A stretch of 64,000 nt of DNA, taken from assembly GCF_022045235.1 (NCBI RefSeq), contig NW_027266297.1, positions 40,362,001 to 40,426,000 on the forward strand, given 5' to 3'. The position numbers were made by a program, and so were the translations under genes. Positions 50,337-64,000 of this stretch are shown one piece after another. Every line of letters begins with the position of its first letter. The stretch's first letter is position 1. This stretch comes from Haliotis cracherodii. Taxonomy: Eukaryota. Under the pieces are notes generated by a model, which worked only from the letters and a program-made list of their open reading frames with translations, ran no database searches and had not been told where the DNA came from.

Positions 50337-50502
50337 GAGTGAGTGAGCGAGTATGGTTTTACGCCGCTTTTAGCAATATTCCAGCAATATCACGGCGGGT
50401 GACACCAGAAATGAATTCACACATTGTACCTATGTCGGGAATGGAACCCGGGTCTTCGGCTTGACGAGCGAACGCTTTAACCACTTGGCTACCCGATCGC
50501 CT
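50337..50502 (-). mobile_element. SINE family 1
   Basis: Same consensus. Confidence 0.88.
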
Positions 50503-50827
50503 AACTTCTAGTTCATCCGAGGTCGATAGATTTGCGTCCTTTGTGCCGTGACATTACTCACTGACGTAGGTTCGAATCCTAAGTTGTGATCCTCGGCCAA
50601 TTAGTATCATAGACCCACTCTCGCCATCTTGAAACGCAGTAAACGTATACGTCGGACCTGCATTATTGCGGGGACTTTCCTCCCACTTTAAGCGGACACG
50701 TCAAAGCTGCGTTAAACCGAAACCATTCAGTCACACAGCCATCCAAAGTAAAAGATATAACAACAACAAAAACTTAACCCTTTAATCAACCAAACAAACA
50801 GTAACAGAGATCGTCAGACTTTTAGGT

Positions 50828-50968
50828 NNNNNNNNNNNNNNNNNNNNNNNNNNNNNNNNNNNNNNNNNNNNNNNNNNNNNNNNNNNNNNNNNNNNNNNNN
50901 NNNNNNNNNNNNNNNNNNNNNNNNNNNNNNNNNNNNNNNNNNNNNNNNNNNNNNNNNNNNNNNNNNNN
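50828..50968. other. Assembly gap (N run)
   Basis: About 140 N. Confidence 0.99.
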
Positions 50969-51900
50969 TTTATTTTTTACTTCTTTAGGGTTTTAGCATT
51001 GTATAGAATGATTTTGTAGTTTAATAGATGCGGCGGCCTAGTAGGCAATGCCTAATGCCTTGAAATTTTGTAGGTTGTTTAGTGAGTTTAGAAGTGTTGC
51101 CAGAGACATTTGTTTGTTACAGTTTATTGTGGATTTGGGGGTTGTTCTGTGTTGTTGGTGGTGTGTGCAGTGTAATAGTGCGTGTTCAGGTGTTTCTATG
51201 TGGTTACAGTGAGGGCATTAACTGTTTGGTGATTTCTGATTCTGTGCAGGTGAGAGTTTAGTTTAGTGTGCCCTGTCTTTAATTTGATTATTGCCCTGTC
51301 GATATTTCTGGATTTATGAAGAACTTTTTTTAGTGGCTTTTAGAGCACCTGTTTTAGTTTACAGTTTGATTTCTGTTATTGGTTTTGCCACTTTTGGAGG
51401 ATTTTACTCAAAGTGATACTTTTAATCTCGTTTTAAAATATTGGTAGGTTGATACTTATTTCTTCTAATTTTAGTAATGCTTCTTTGGCTGCTTTGTCGG
51501 CGTGTTCTTACCAAACACTCGGACGGGATCCATACGAATTCTATTTCTTTACCTAGATTGTGGAGCTTGTTGGAGCTTTTGAGTATCTGTTGAATTAATT
51601 TTGGTCGATTTTTTGTGTTTTTGTTTTTGTTAGCTTGGAGTCCACTTAGTGAGTTAGTAAGGATTAGGGTTTTTTGGTGTGTGTTTTTTTAATCTAGGGG
51701 TTATGTAGAGCTGTGGCTACCGAGTTAGTTCTTACACCCACTGTACACACACTGTTAGTTCGGCCGTGAAAATTGATTGATTATTTGGAAGCCTTTAGCA
51801 TTTGGTTTCTTTTGTGGGGTGGTATACATGGATGCTGAATCCTCAGTCAGGTGTATATCGGCGGGAGTATGTATATATCTGGTTGTAAAGGGGGAGCTTA
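50969..51900 (-). mobile_element. Decayed non-LTR retrotransposon 3' part (RNase H + CCHC knuckle, I-group-like)
   Basis: Minus-strand remnants IEFVWIPS...ADKAAKEALL and IIKLKTGHTKLNSHLHRI...CPHCNHIETPEHALLHC. Confidence 0.75.
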
Positions 51901-53247
51901 TTATGGTCGGAAAGTGTCATTTTAATCAAATTGCCCAGTAGTATCGATAACAAAATCAACAAACTGCACAGAACTTCAGCATGAGACTAAACCCCTTCAG
52001 CTGTTATGAGTAAATGGGCAAATCGCGAAAGCAACAAACATAGTAATTCCACACAGCACGAGCGGTGTTTTCCGGTATAGAGCCGGCGCCATGTTTGTTT
52101 CTGCACGTGAAAGCCCGGAACAGCCACCTGTCTAGGCAAACAAGTCATAAAACTGCCGTCACTGGCGACCCATAAACTGACATGTTTGTTTTGATTTTCG
52201 ATGACGATACAGACAGACGCATAGATTGATATATATATATTATGCTGATAGTGTTTATCAAACATGTCAGGAATTACTGACCTGTTAAAACAGAAGTCGT
52301 ATTCTTCACTTACAAAATGTTGTTTCAACCAAAGAAAACATGTTCACGCCGTAAACATATCATGGAAAATAATACTTTGGTGTTTAATGTTTTCTAACTT
52401 TTAAGTTTCTTGTCTAATGTTGATGAATCGTAACGTAACGAACATAATAAAGCGAGTAAAACAAAAGTGACATTGAAAAGTCGATGTGATGAATAAGGGG
52501 GATAATTCAATGAATATACAACTTCTTTATAGCAGTGCTTGATAAGGGTGTTTGTCTCTTCATCGAAACGTCGTATTCATTGTAATAACGAAGTTGCATA
52601 TTCATAGAACTATCCCCTCGTTCGAGAAATACATTAAGAATTGCTGGTGTACATTGTACAAGATTTAACGAGCGCTTCTCGTTAATACTGTAACAGCACA
52701 CTGTCGTATCCCTTGTGTCATGTCATGATATAATGAATGATTACAATATGGGTGCCTTGGCATTAATAACTTTAATGGAAGTTACGTATGAAATATCTGA
52801 GTTATGTCAAAATTGATGAATATATTTCCCAAGTTGGAAAATAATCATTTTTTATGTGATGCTTAAAATGATTATAAAAGTGGGCTTACGGCGATGCTGC
52901 ATTAAAGCCGAAAAATGATACACCTTGTGTGAAAAAAGAGTATGGAGAGAGATTAAAACGCTACGCATACAAGCACGCTCGCGTCTTACTATATCATCGC
53001 AACGTGTCAGTATTTAAAATATTGCCGATAGCTGGTATCATATATTCCCCGCGACAGAACATGTCGGATATGTATAAGTCTGGGTATATCTTTCTAATTC
53101 AGTGAAGCTGTTAAGGCAATGTTGTCGTTTTTCAGTGAATGTTCTATTGGAAAATACAACATATTGAAAAGTCTTGAGCCACGCAGAATCGTCAAGACTG
53201 AAATAAGAAAAACACAAACCAGGTTTATTTTTTAAACTATTAGACTA

Positions 53248-53470
53248 AACTCCCGGGCAAAAGAAAGTATACACTTGAAAATATAATTTGACCAAACATT
53301 TAGAACCGTTATGAAAACGTTTCTGGGCTGTAAACAGGCACCAAAACACTGTAAACGGAAAATCCAAAACATAACTATGATACCGGTATCAACATCGAAT
53401 AACTATTGTTGTTGATTTCGTTTTTAGACACCATCAAACATGAACGTATACTTTCTTTTGTCCGGCAGTG
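53248..53470. mobile_element. Tc1-like MITE
   Basis: ccgggcaaaagaaagtatac ... gtatactttcttttgtccggcagtg|TA. Confidence 0.75.
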
Positions 53471-54464
53471 TATATTCAAAGATTCTGTATGAAAGTTCTG
53501 TTCGGAATATATATTTACGCCCAAACTATTATCACTTTGTTAAAATGTACTTTATCACATCTTGTCTTGCTTTTTGTACATATACATAATTATTTATTGT
53601 AATATGCTCTTGTATCCCCTTTTGTGTTTTTTTAGAATAAACTGAGACTGATTCTGACAACAACAAGCCAAGTTGTTTTAAAGGCAGTAAAGCATTATTA
53701 CATAAACGTGTGCACAATATCCCACCTTATCTTATGTTGCCCGATATTCAATAAACTGCTTTCCTACCTACACATTAATGGATTTGTATTCTTTAGCCTA
53801 ATAAGATAACATTCGTCAGCTAACATGTCTGACGTTTTTGTTTTGTCATCTCCACATCTGATTCAACAACATCCTCCTCTTCACGTAAATCTGTCTCATC
53901 ACCAACACAGATAGAAATCGTTTGGCGGCATAAAATATTTACTCTTGAGAGTGGTACATACAAGTTAATGAACTTGTGTATATGTGACTTAATTTGACAA
54001 ATATTGACACCGGCATTGTGGGAAAGTATCTTTGAAGTTGGTAACACATTTTGCTTATTCCCGCCATCACACTAGTATACAAGGTGTGAGACAGCGAGTA
54101 AATATTAACTTTGACGACAAGGAGATGGGAACGTCTGCTCACTCATACCCAAACATCCGACCACGCCGCCTTTGATATTCACACCCTGGTTCATAACAAT
54201 TAACCATTTCTATTCATCTCATAAGTAAAACCTACATGCCAAAAATACACTGACGATTGGACCAATTTCTTATTGTTCTTTCTTTCACACTTTTCACACA
54301 TGAGAGTCAGTGACGCGAGACAGTAGCGAAACAATTGAAAACGCCCGGTAATTTGATTTAATACCTAATCCCAATCTTTCAACTCAAATGGTGCGCAACG
54401 GCGAGTAAAAACAGCCGCATTGTCCAGCAATGACAACTGGGCCCAACGGAATACGATTCTCACA

Positions 54465-54562
54465 GTTAATTGGTTGAGGGCGGCACGTGACCATGTCAAT
54501 CAACGAGCCCTGCCCCCTGGGAAAGGGCTAAATCAGTGTTGCAACACGTGGGAAATATAAGC
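54465..54562 (+). promoter_or_regulatory. Candidate Pol II promoter
   Basis: Reverse CCAAT, GGGCGG, two CACGTG E-boxes (54484, 54545) and TATAA (54556). Confidence 0.45.
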
Positions 54563-54656
54563 TTACAAACATTAGAGGGATTTGGATGGAGTCAGTGCGA
54601 GGGGAAACCTTGAGAGGGGATATAGTTACAAAACACTGGAACATACGGAAATATAA

Positions 54657-54679
54657 ATGGATTTATACACTACTGTCAG
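54657..54679 (+). CDS. Putative first coding exon of a secreted/membrane protein gene
   Basis: ATG GAT TTA TAC ACT ACT GTC AG|gtaagc, about 100 nt downstream of a TATAA. Confidence 0.55.
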
Positions 54680-55331
54680 GTAAGCAAATCACGTTCGCTT
54701 CCTCAACGTGTTTTATTCATCTATCATACTTGTTTTGACCATGAGTGAAAACATTAGCATCAGCTGATGGGCACGTTAATGACCAAGTACTTTCTATACA
54801 TATGAAATGAACTCCTTGGTCATGACAATTCTGTTTATTGGAATATATGTAAATAACTTACGTTTATAAAAAAAATGTTATTATTCGCGACAGTAATGTT
54901 AATTACTGTAAGTTACAGACCCACTGGAAGTGGAGATAATATACATGAACTCTATACACATTTGTTATAGTCGAACGGTTTTCTGTATTTAACTAGTAGT
55001 GCGAATATTGTATATTAATATTTCCCACGTTATTAGACAGGTCAGAAAAAGGGCACTGTGTACCTATTTGTTCGTTCTATCTTTGTTGACATCAAAGAGT
55101 TGGTCACGAATGACCATCATCTGTCAAATGTCATTTACTTGTCAACGTGCAGAATCGAGCATGACACCTCACACGGCCGAGACAGAATGCAATTTGAATA
55201 GAAATAGTTTTATATCCGAGTTGTTTTATTCATCAGAGTATAAGCTTCTCAACGTTTGATGGGGATAGTCGAATATTTCTCATATCTAATATAATACCTT
55301 AAGTGTACCACAATTGAATGATGGTTTTCAG

Positions 55332-55387
55332 ATACCTGTGCACCCTTCTGATTTGGATTATGTATACTACAGAAACGATGTCACAAA
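55332..55387 (+). CDS. Putative second exon (signal-peptide-like)
   Basis: ttttcag| ... A|gtaagt; spliced product MDLYTTVRYLCTLLIWIMYTTETMSQ, followed by a phase-1 intron. Confidence 0.55.
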
Positions 55388-58300
55388 GTAAGTAATATGT
55401 TTTTATTTTGTCTATATATTTTTTGTGCGACTCGCTGCAGGGAAAAGGAACATTAACCGTATGTTGAACTGCGTTCGTGTGAAGCGTGACAACAGGGGAC
55501 TTCTAGCCAACACATCACAACACATATCTATATATACCAGCGTCACCGATGGATAACGCTTTAGAAGCGTTGCCATGGGAATCAACGAATTCTTTCTCCA
55601 ACTGTTTCTTCCCATGGTACTGCGTTACGCTAAAGTATAGTGCATTGTGAGATGGAGGGATGGTTACAGCATCGCCGATAGCTATACACTAGGGGTTGTT
55701 ATGACGCAATCTTCCCTATTGGGGGACCAGTGGTAATGATACCACACAGAGGGTTATGGTGGTGGGGAGAGCTCGCGTATCAATATTATACCCACTGTGG
55801 GTCCTAATTACATAGGATTACAAGGGTGTGGGTTTGATGGGAGAACACCATCTTGTGCTGCATCCAACTGCCGTGTGTTGACATAATGTTGCTAGGGATG
55901 GATAGACGCAAGTTGCATTATGCAAAAGGAATACCTAAACAGCCTTTTGGCTGTCACTAATAGTTAATTGTGGAGGACAAAATTGAATGTTTCCTTATTA
56001 ACATGTAGCAAGCGAGTATAACCTTAACGCTGACACAATATTTGCCATTTTATGCATCCATATCACAATCTTTTCAAAATGCATTATTTTGCTCAAAATG
56101 ATTTTCTGGGTATATATCCTTCCCTTACATCTCGGCCACGTACCACCAAGACCAATTAAATTTTCACTCGTAACATTGCCTTCCGACAGTTTCTCTTCAG
56201 CATCTTCGTCGAACGGGTACCAGTAACAATTTTGATCAGTTCGTAGTAATACCATATTAGCTCAGCGGTAATAGCAGGTTTACTTTGGAATGTGGATGGT
56301 ATCCATGTACCCCACATGGTATTATGTCCCACGACCTAAGGATCAGACCATTGGTAATATACACAGCTTAACTTCATACTATATTAATCCCCATTATAGT
56401 ATATAAAGATTGTTAACAATATTAAGTCCAGCTTCTAACGCAACACCGTCCCTTATTGCTTTAGCAGAAAACTCTGTAAGAAAACATGTCATAAGCTCTG
56501 GTCAGCAGGTGCCTGTCAGACCTAAACTCCTCGAGTGACTAGCCGTTTTGTCGCCCTCCGCTGACACTGGCCACAGTCCGGTCCAGTACATTGTCCTCAC
56601 GCCCCCGGGGTGTCTTAATTACGATTGACACTTATATATGCCTCTGACTCAAAATCAGATAAATTTCATTCCATTTAATCCGGCTCTGTCGTCAGTAACA
56701 GGTGCGTCTTCCTAGAGGGCCTATTTGTATAAGATCTGAGATGTGGTCCGTCCTGTTTAGCACTGTCCCCCGGCATGCACTGAGAACAATCTTGCGAACA
56801 ATCTTTATTTAAATTTATGTAAGATTAAATTAACGTGGCAACAAATGTTATTTTACCAGACCCATTCTATCCGTCCCGTGATTAGCATACATTTACATTA
56901 AGTAAATATTTTACCTGTACCACAGGCGGAAAAACTGGTATTACGTATTACGGTTAGCGAAATAAGGATCTTGACTAAATTACAAAACAAAATGTGTTGA
57001 CTGAGTCTATAACTACAACTCACAACAATCTTTTTATGGGTCTACACATTCAACCACGTATACAATATTCTCGTATGAGTAAATGTGTAATAGTGAATCC
57101 AAAATGAAAGAAATGTTGTTCCCAATAACTCAGGGTCGATAGGGTCCAGCGTATCACGCTAGTCTTAGATATCGCGACAGCATCAGGTTGATGTATGAAT
57201 TACCCCATACGTCAGACATAATATAGTCCATGAAATCTTATATTATATCTCCTTTTTCTTAAACGTTTTTCCCCTGATGTTCATTTCATATGTGGAATGG
57301 AGCTGGCTAAACATTTTCTTGGTTTCGGTCTTCTAAAAGACATGTTTTCCAGGGATGGAATCAGACAATACTCGGAAGTGTGAAAGACACTGGCACTCTG
57401 TGATATACCTGCTTCTAAGGGAGTATGTGGGATACATTAGCACCTACCGCTACTGTTACAACTCGCACTTCTGTTACTTCACTTATGACCTCAAAGAGAG
57501 TTTATTATCCGTGAACTCTCGCAGGTTCCTTGGTGGGTCAAACTGACCCCGTATGTAGGTAGAAGCAGCGCGTTACTTCCAGTTCACGGACAATGTAGCA
57601 TCTTCGTCCCCCATTAGGTGCATCTGCAAGCGGCTTGTTTGAACCACTCGCCCTCTGAGTAGGCGTATCGTTATTGAGACGAAGAAACGCGGCGGTTGTA
57701 AACAAGGCGATGGTCGTTATCTTGGGTTTTATCGCCTGTCAATCTGACGTGTTATCATCGTTTTTGATGGATGTCCATCCATATTGGGGAGGGTAGAGTA
57801 GCTATCTATTTGCCTCGTTATAGCGCGGGAAGAATTTTGATTACTTTGAATAGCTGCCCGGGTCAAGCGATTGGTGTTATAGCAGGGTATAAACTTTAAC
57901 AATGCTTATCTGATTGAACACAAGACTACATCAAAGCGCACAGAGCGGATATTGTTTTATACGTTTTTTTAATTTCATTCCTTGGCATTTGTTCTTTGTC
58001 TTTCATAGAAAAATTGAGATAGGTGCTATAGATAAGATTCGCCGATCAAGATACATGGAGCATTGTCACACCTCAACACAAAAAGCAGAAAAAAACACTT
58101 AAATTTTAAGGTTAGGTTTACCTTGCTTCACGATTGTTGACGTCAGACACGTGGAGCAACGTCAAAAGAACCGTCCCGAGAACGTATTCACCAATGTTTG
58201 ATGGGGGCTAGAATTAAACAAATACACAGTTTTGTTTTGGACCTTGATTTTGCAGTGTTTCGGCGATTTTGTTATCAGCCTGGTAACGTTTTGATAACGT

Positions 58301-59102
58301 TTGCAATTTTGGGGTTAAATCCAGTTTATACTTCTTTTGCCCGGCAGTGCATACGAGATGGTGGCTCTATCATAATACAAACGTCAACTGTATATGGTCT
58401 CTAGTGTTAAGGATTAAATTTGGGTCAAAGAAAGCATAACGTTACTTTATGGTAAAATATAAGGTGCATTAAAACTATCACTCCTATGCACTCTTTTTTT
58501 TTACTGTTTCGACACATTAACCCCTTTACTTGCCACAATACTTGAGCCCAACACAAGCCCGGTACTATCAGTTACAATCACTGCTCGTGCTTTTAATTAT
58601 CTGATAATAAAAACATTTGTCCCCAATTATTATGTTAAAATCCCCTGAGGTACCATCCTCCCCATCATTATGTTCCCCCTCAGCGTTTGAAGTTACCCGC
58701 TGTCTTGGAAGTCCGAACTAAGCATGAGAGCATCGCAATGCGCGATAAACGTAGTTCTAATTGACCCTTGTGTCCCGCGAGAAAGTTTATAGTGCCTGTT
58801 ACCAGCGGGAACCAGGTCCGACGTATTGCGCTATCTGTAACGGACTACTGTCCATTTATCCCCGCATCTCCGGCCCTCCCATCTGGTCAAGGGGTTATGT
58901 TTGCATGCTGGGGCTGACGCTGCGAATGACCAGCAACAGCTGTAGATGTTGTAGTTGCAACTGTCACTGAAAATATGTCAGGGACGCCGTGCTTAATACG
59001 GTGAAGCCGTTTGAAGAACTGCAGGCATCATTTTAAACATATGGTGGGTACATGTTGAACATGGACGATGATAACAGGCTTTTCATTTACAAGTCTTCGT
59101 AC

Positions 59103-59877
59103 CCTGGGCCCCGTTTCACAAAACAATCTTTGCGCTACGATATTTGTAAGTATATGTAAAAACATGGGAGTAACGATCGTCCTTGCACTACGAGTTTCGT
59201 AAGTTTATGTTTAAGTATGGGAGTTAGATCGTCTTAGCGCTACGATATTTGTAAGCATATGTGAAAACATGAGAGTAACGATCGTCTTAACACTACGAGT
59301 TTCGTAAGTTTATGTTAAAGTATGGGAGTTAGATCGTCTTAGCGCTACGATATTTGTAAGCATATGTGAAAACATGGGAGTAACGATCGTCTTAACACTA
59401 CGAGTTTCGTAAGTTTATGTTAAAGTATGGGAGTAAGATCGTCTTAGCGCTACGATATTTGTAAGTATATGTAAAAACATGGGAGTAACGATCGTCTTAA
59501 CACTACGAGTTTCGTAAGTTTATGTTAAAGTATGGGAGTTAGTAGATCGTCTTAGCGCTACGATATTTGTAAGTATATGTAAAAGCATGGGAGTTACGAT
59601 CGTCTTAGCACTACGAGTTTCGTAAGTTTATGTTAAAGTATGGGAGTTACGATCGTCTTAACACTACGAGTTTCGCAAGTTTATGTTAAAGTATGGGAGT
59701 TACGACCGTCTTAGCACTACGAGTTTCGTAAGTTTATGTAAAAGCATGGGAGTTACGATCGTCTAAGCGTTGCAGTATGGGGGTTATGGTAGTTCTACGA
59801 TTGTCTTATGTCTTTGTTAAAGTATAGTAGTTATGATAGTCTTAATGCTAAGGTCGCTTTGTTGAACGGGACCCAGG
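59103..59877. mobile_element. MITE (PIF/Harbinger-like termini) filled with a ~42-bp tandem repeat
   Basis: TIR ctgggccccgtttcacaaa / tttgttgaacgggacccag; internal gggagt(t/a)acgatcgtcttagc(a/g)ctacga..gtaag units in alternating variants. Confidence 0.8.
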
Positions 59878-61794
59878 TAAGTCTCAAATCAGATTAAAAT
59901 CATTTATCGGTTTAACAAGCTCACAATTAGAGAGAATTCGTAAAGCAACGATTTCAACCTGATTTTCGGCAAAGAGATCTAAATGAGAAAACTCATTCGT
60001 TTTGAAGTCAATGAATTAATGCGACTATATACAAGTAGTACTATTAAACAGGTTCTAGTTTCTAGTTAACAATGATAGGAGAACACAACGTCAATCAGAC
60101 ATTTCCTTGAACACGATAAGTCGATTGCGATGCTTCTTACACCTTAGCTCCATGCTGCACCAAACCCATCCCACTCCCACAAGAACAAAGATATATATCC
60201 GGTCGTTGAACCTGACCTTGTAGTTGTGGACACAGCATGAAAACAAGCGTAGGTATAGTAAATAGTGGCTGCTGCACGCTGTTAATAGCGTACTTATCAG
60301 AGATACCTCAAAACTGAGGGTACAGTGACCCTTAAGCACAGAGTTCATTCCGTTACTGTCTTATCAGTGTTTGTGCGACTTGGTAAACACCAGAATCGTG
60401 CTAATTGTTCCGTGATTATCCTATAAAGGTTACGTCCTTATGGTGTACTGCCATGGTGAAAGAAGTCGGTGTTTTGACGTAAACGCGACTCAAAGCGACG
60501 TGAACGTTAACAAGTCCTAAACGTGTACTGCGACATAAGATAAAAACACGTTCACAGAAATTGCCGGTTTAATTACATATGAAACACTGACGCTGACGAA
60601 ACGGAACGAATAATAACTGAAATAAGTATTTAGTAGGCAATTATTTACATTGCACGTCTTGTGATACTACACTGCTATTTACAGGTTAGTCAGGGTATCC
60701 ATGATCCTTGATACAGAGCCATAACGTTTACCCATAGTACTCGCAGTTGCCCGGGCTTTGAAAATATTTTTTCAAGCAAAATCATCGTACTAAGCTGACA
60801 CCTGTTGTATCGTTTCGTTTTGTGTCAGTTGTCTTACGGATTTCAGTTTCTACAATCAGTGCAACGCGATTACTTGATAAAGGTATTAGCACCCATACCG
60901 AATCCTCCAACTCCAGTTGTCTTCCATAGAGGAATCTTCAAATCAGTTAGAATAATAATAAATCGTTTTCAGCTTGTTGCGCGAACCCATAACAGGGCAT
61001 ATGTTTCACATTAAACGAAGTGGTCTCTCCAAGCCTTCCGTCTAACCTCACCACCTCCCCAGCAAGCCAGTGGTCATAAACGTCCATTCACGAGTACCTC
61101 AAACGAGGGCGACGTCATGCGCCGCCAGCCGGGAGGACATGATTTATTTACGGTTGATAGTTTTGCACTGAATCTCTCCTTGAACCCAGTCATGATAAAG
61201 TAGAGCAATTTACCTTTGGTAAAGGCATAATTGCACATGATGCATGTAAGTAGTAGAATTTTCTTTGAACTTTACGACTGTTCAAGCGCATTTTGCACTC
61301 TTAAGAGTGTGCCATGTATACATAGCACCAACAGCTGGATGGTCATTTCCTGTTTCTGCAGAGTTTAACGGTATAGCAATAGACATGGTAGATGCAGTGC
61401 ATGACACGCGTTACACATTATACTTACATACCACATCGCGTAATGGGTAATAATACAAGGCTACACGCAAAGGGGGCTGCGTGTCACGTTTGGTAGAGCT
61501 AAATAACCATGCATTAAGATTGCATTCAATACGTTGAGTCCGTAAATATATACGTGGGCTGTATAAATGCAATGCTGGGAAAACTCGTTAATATCGCAAA
61601 AATCCGAAGTTCGGATCTATGCCTCAGTAGGGTGTTTGATATCAAAAGAGGCATACACTTTTATAGTATTTAGATCTTACGTCTTCGATATCGTTACACA
61701 CACTTGATTTGACCGGAAATTTACGAACGTTATCGAAACGTTACTAGGCTGAAAACACTCGCTGAAACACTGCATATGTAAGGTCCAATACATC

Positions 61795-61958
61795 AGGGCG
61801 CGGTCGGGTGGCCCAGTGGGTAAAACATTCGCTCGTCACGCCGAAGACCCGGGTTCGATTCCCGACATGGGTACAATGTGTGAGGCTCATTTCTGGTGTC
61901 CCCCGCCGTGATATTGCTGGAATATTGCTAAAAGCGGCGAAGAATCAAACTCACTCAC
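61795..61958 (+). mobile_element. SINE family 1
   Basis: Same consensus, forward orientation. Confidence 0.88.
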
Positions 61959-62262
61959 CATCGAATAACCCTTACTTGTTTGTTTCATTTTTAGCCAGCA
62001 TCAAACATGGGTGTATACTTTAACGCTGCAGATTACGTATAAGACGATATAACCTCATGGTCTATATCGACACCATCCTTATCTCGAAGTACGAAACACT
62101 AGACTCATCTTCCATGGGCTCGAGTACGGTTTTGCCGTGTATGCAGTGCACAATAAACCAGAATAACCCATAAAACGTTTAATTCGGATTAATAAAAATC
62201 TGACGTAGACACTCCGTGCTGTGTATGGGAGATAATCATCTCACTCTGTGGAACTGCGTCCG

Positions 62263-62405
62263 TGGGGTAGCCTTGTGGGTAAAGCGTTCGCTCGCCACGC
62301 CAAAGACCAGGGTTGGATTCCCCACATGGGAAGCCCATTTCTGGTGTCCCCTGCCGTGATATTGCTGGAAAATTGCTTAATACGGCGTAAAACCATCACT
62401 CACTC
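62263..62405 (+). mobile_element. SINE family 1 (diverged); other decayed copies near 11280-11447, 43563-43710 and 48180-48330
   Basis: Same consensus with an internal deletion. Confidence 0.8.
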
Positions 62406-64000
62406 TGTGGAACTAGGATACCGAAAGACACTGAAACATAATCCCGAGGACGGTGCATAGTTGACGGTCTGATGGAGTTTTTGCATCACCTGCCGTTGAG
62501 CGTGTATTCATAAACCTGTCCAAGTACTTGCAATTTTAAGAAAAGTAACCACCCCAGGTCAAACTGATATGAAATCAATCACACGGAACGGATACATATC
62601 TCCAGTGAAGCAGAAACCTAATATTAACGTACGTCAACTGTGGACGTCAGTCCTACACTGGGTGATAAATGAACACCAGCAAGCATTGTCCGAGGAAGCG
62701 ATGTCCGGCGGCATGACATATAGGTAAATTGTAGGCCTGAGCGGACACCCTATACTTGGTATTCATATCATGTCCACGGTCAGTATCCCTGACCTCGCTG
62801 ACCGGGGTCACGGGAGATAACCCCGTGTCGGATAGCGCTGTGGAAGGTTCTGTGTGTCAGGCTGTTTGTTATGGTAGTCCACGGAACGCTCTTTGTTTAT
62901 TTACACTTGTGAATATCCCACATTTTACTGTTCTGGTGACTAATATTTAGCTTAACGTCGCAGGTCATGTTTATGTGGTGTGAAAGTGTACATGCCTTTC
63001 CATATTGAACGTAAATAGTAAATGTGACCTATTCTCACGACCCTAATCTGACGATGACGTCAATATATTTTCTTTAAATTATTCTCTGCTTCATCTGAAC
63101 CATTTCAAAGAAGATGTACGGCTTAAATGGAGTCAGCGTTATATGCATGCGATAGGGAGTCTGGGTTCTAATCCACAAGAACACCCTAACAAGTGAGCCG
63201 TATTTTCGTCATTTTACCACTAATTTAGTCGACAAAAGAGGGTTGGAAAAATCAAGAAATATCTTTTCAGCAGCCGCAACCATGTGACAGTTTTAACACA
63301 TGACATAATGTATATATTCAATGTTGTTTGGACCAGACAAACCAACTAGTAGGTCAACGACGTATGACTTGACGAAACACAACGAACTCATTCATGACAC
63401 ATGTTAGCCTAATATGCTTTCCTTAATTAGGTTGTTCTGTTTTAATCACGAATAACCAGTTCTGGAAAAGTTACGATTACAAGTGCTTTTATACTACAAG
63501 TGGCTCAAGCCAGTAAAAGTCGATGCCATATCCTTCTTTACGGTCCTTACCACTCAACTTCAAGTAGTTCTGCCGAGAGAAAAAGTTACCCTAATGATGC
63601 TAATTGTTCGTCGCCACTAACGGGCGGTACTCTCGAAGCCCAAACCCTCTCTCATTAATCCTCGCACGCCAGTTAAAGGATTAACTCGGATCACAAGGTT
63701 ACGGGTTTAACGCTCAATCTGTTGTGAGGTTAATCCGTTAACACGCCGCTCTGATTGTTTGAGCCAAGTGGTTGTCCGGGTGAAGGGAGAAATGAAAGAG
63801 ATGCGATAACGAGGCTACTAAGAGCCAGGTAGATACCAACGATAGCATCTCCTTGCTAAGTGAATGAAATTGTGCGAAATATCTTCAGGAGAGATACATT
63901 ACATGGATTTAGTCTCGGGAAGATCGTAAATGATAAAGTTTTGCAAATATTCCAGTGGTTACTTAGGTTGAGAGGGCAATTCGCGAGTCTGCCGTGTACA

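Noticed and set aside
53820-57546. Short ORFs 53820-54047(-), 55998-56255(-), 57355-57546(+) as exons
   Set aside because: No recognisable homology and no phase-consistent chain of splice sites

Overview
Eukaryotic (metazoan, most likely molluscan/gastropod; inferred from SINE types) genomic DNA, not prokaryotic. About 1-38.9 kb holds the 5' part of a minus-strand, multi-exon CPLANE1 (C5orf42/JBTS17, ciliogenesis) ortholog. I traced 22 coding exons by hand, with GT-AG boundaries and consistent reading phase, from the ATG at 36495 to 1204; the gene runs off the left edge. Intron 6 holds a full-length but ORF-damaged 6.3-kb DIRS1-type tyrosine-recombinase retrotransposon (ITRs, internal complementary region, gag-like/RT/RNase H/methyltransferase/YR). 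The most striking pattern: four CPLANE1 introns (plus a probable fifth at the window edge) are filled by tandem arrays whose unit is a copy of the adjacent exon-intron junction, giving about 10-48 reiterated splice donors or acceptors per intron. The right half has a putative unrecognised minus-strand gene (at least 4 phase-consistent exons, 40.3-42.1 kb), the start of a probable plus-strand secreted-protein gene (54.7-55.4 kb), several SINE families, MITEs, a LINE fragment, minisatellites and an assembly gap.
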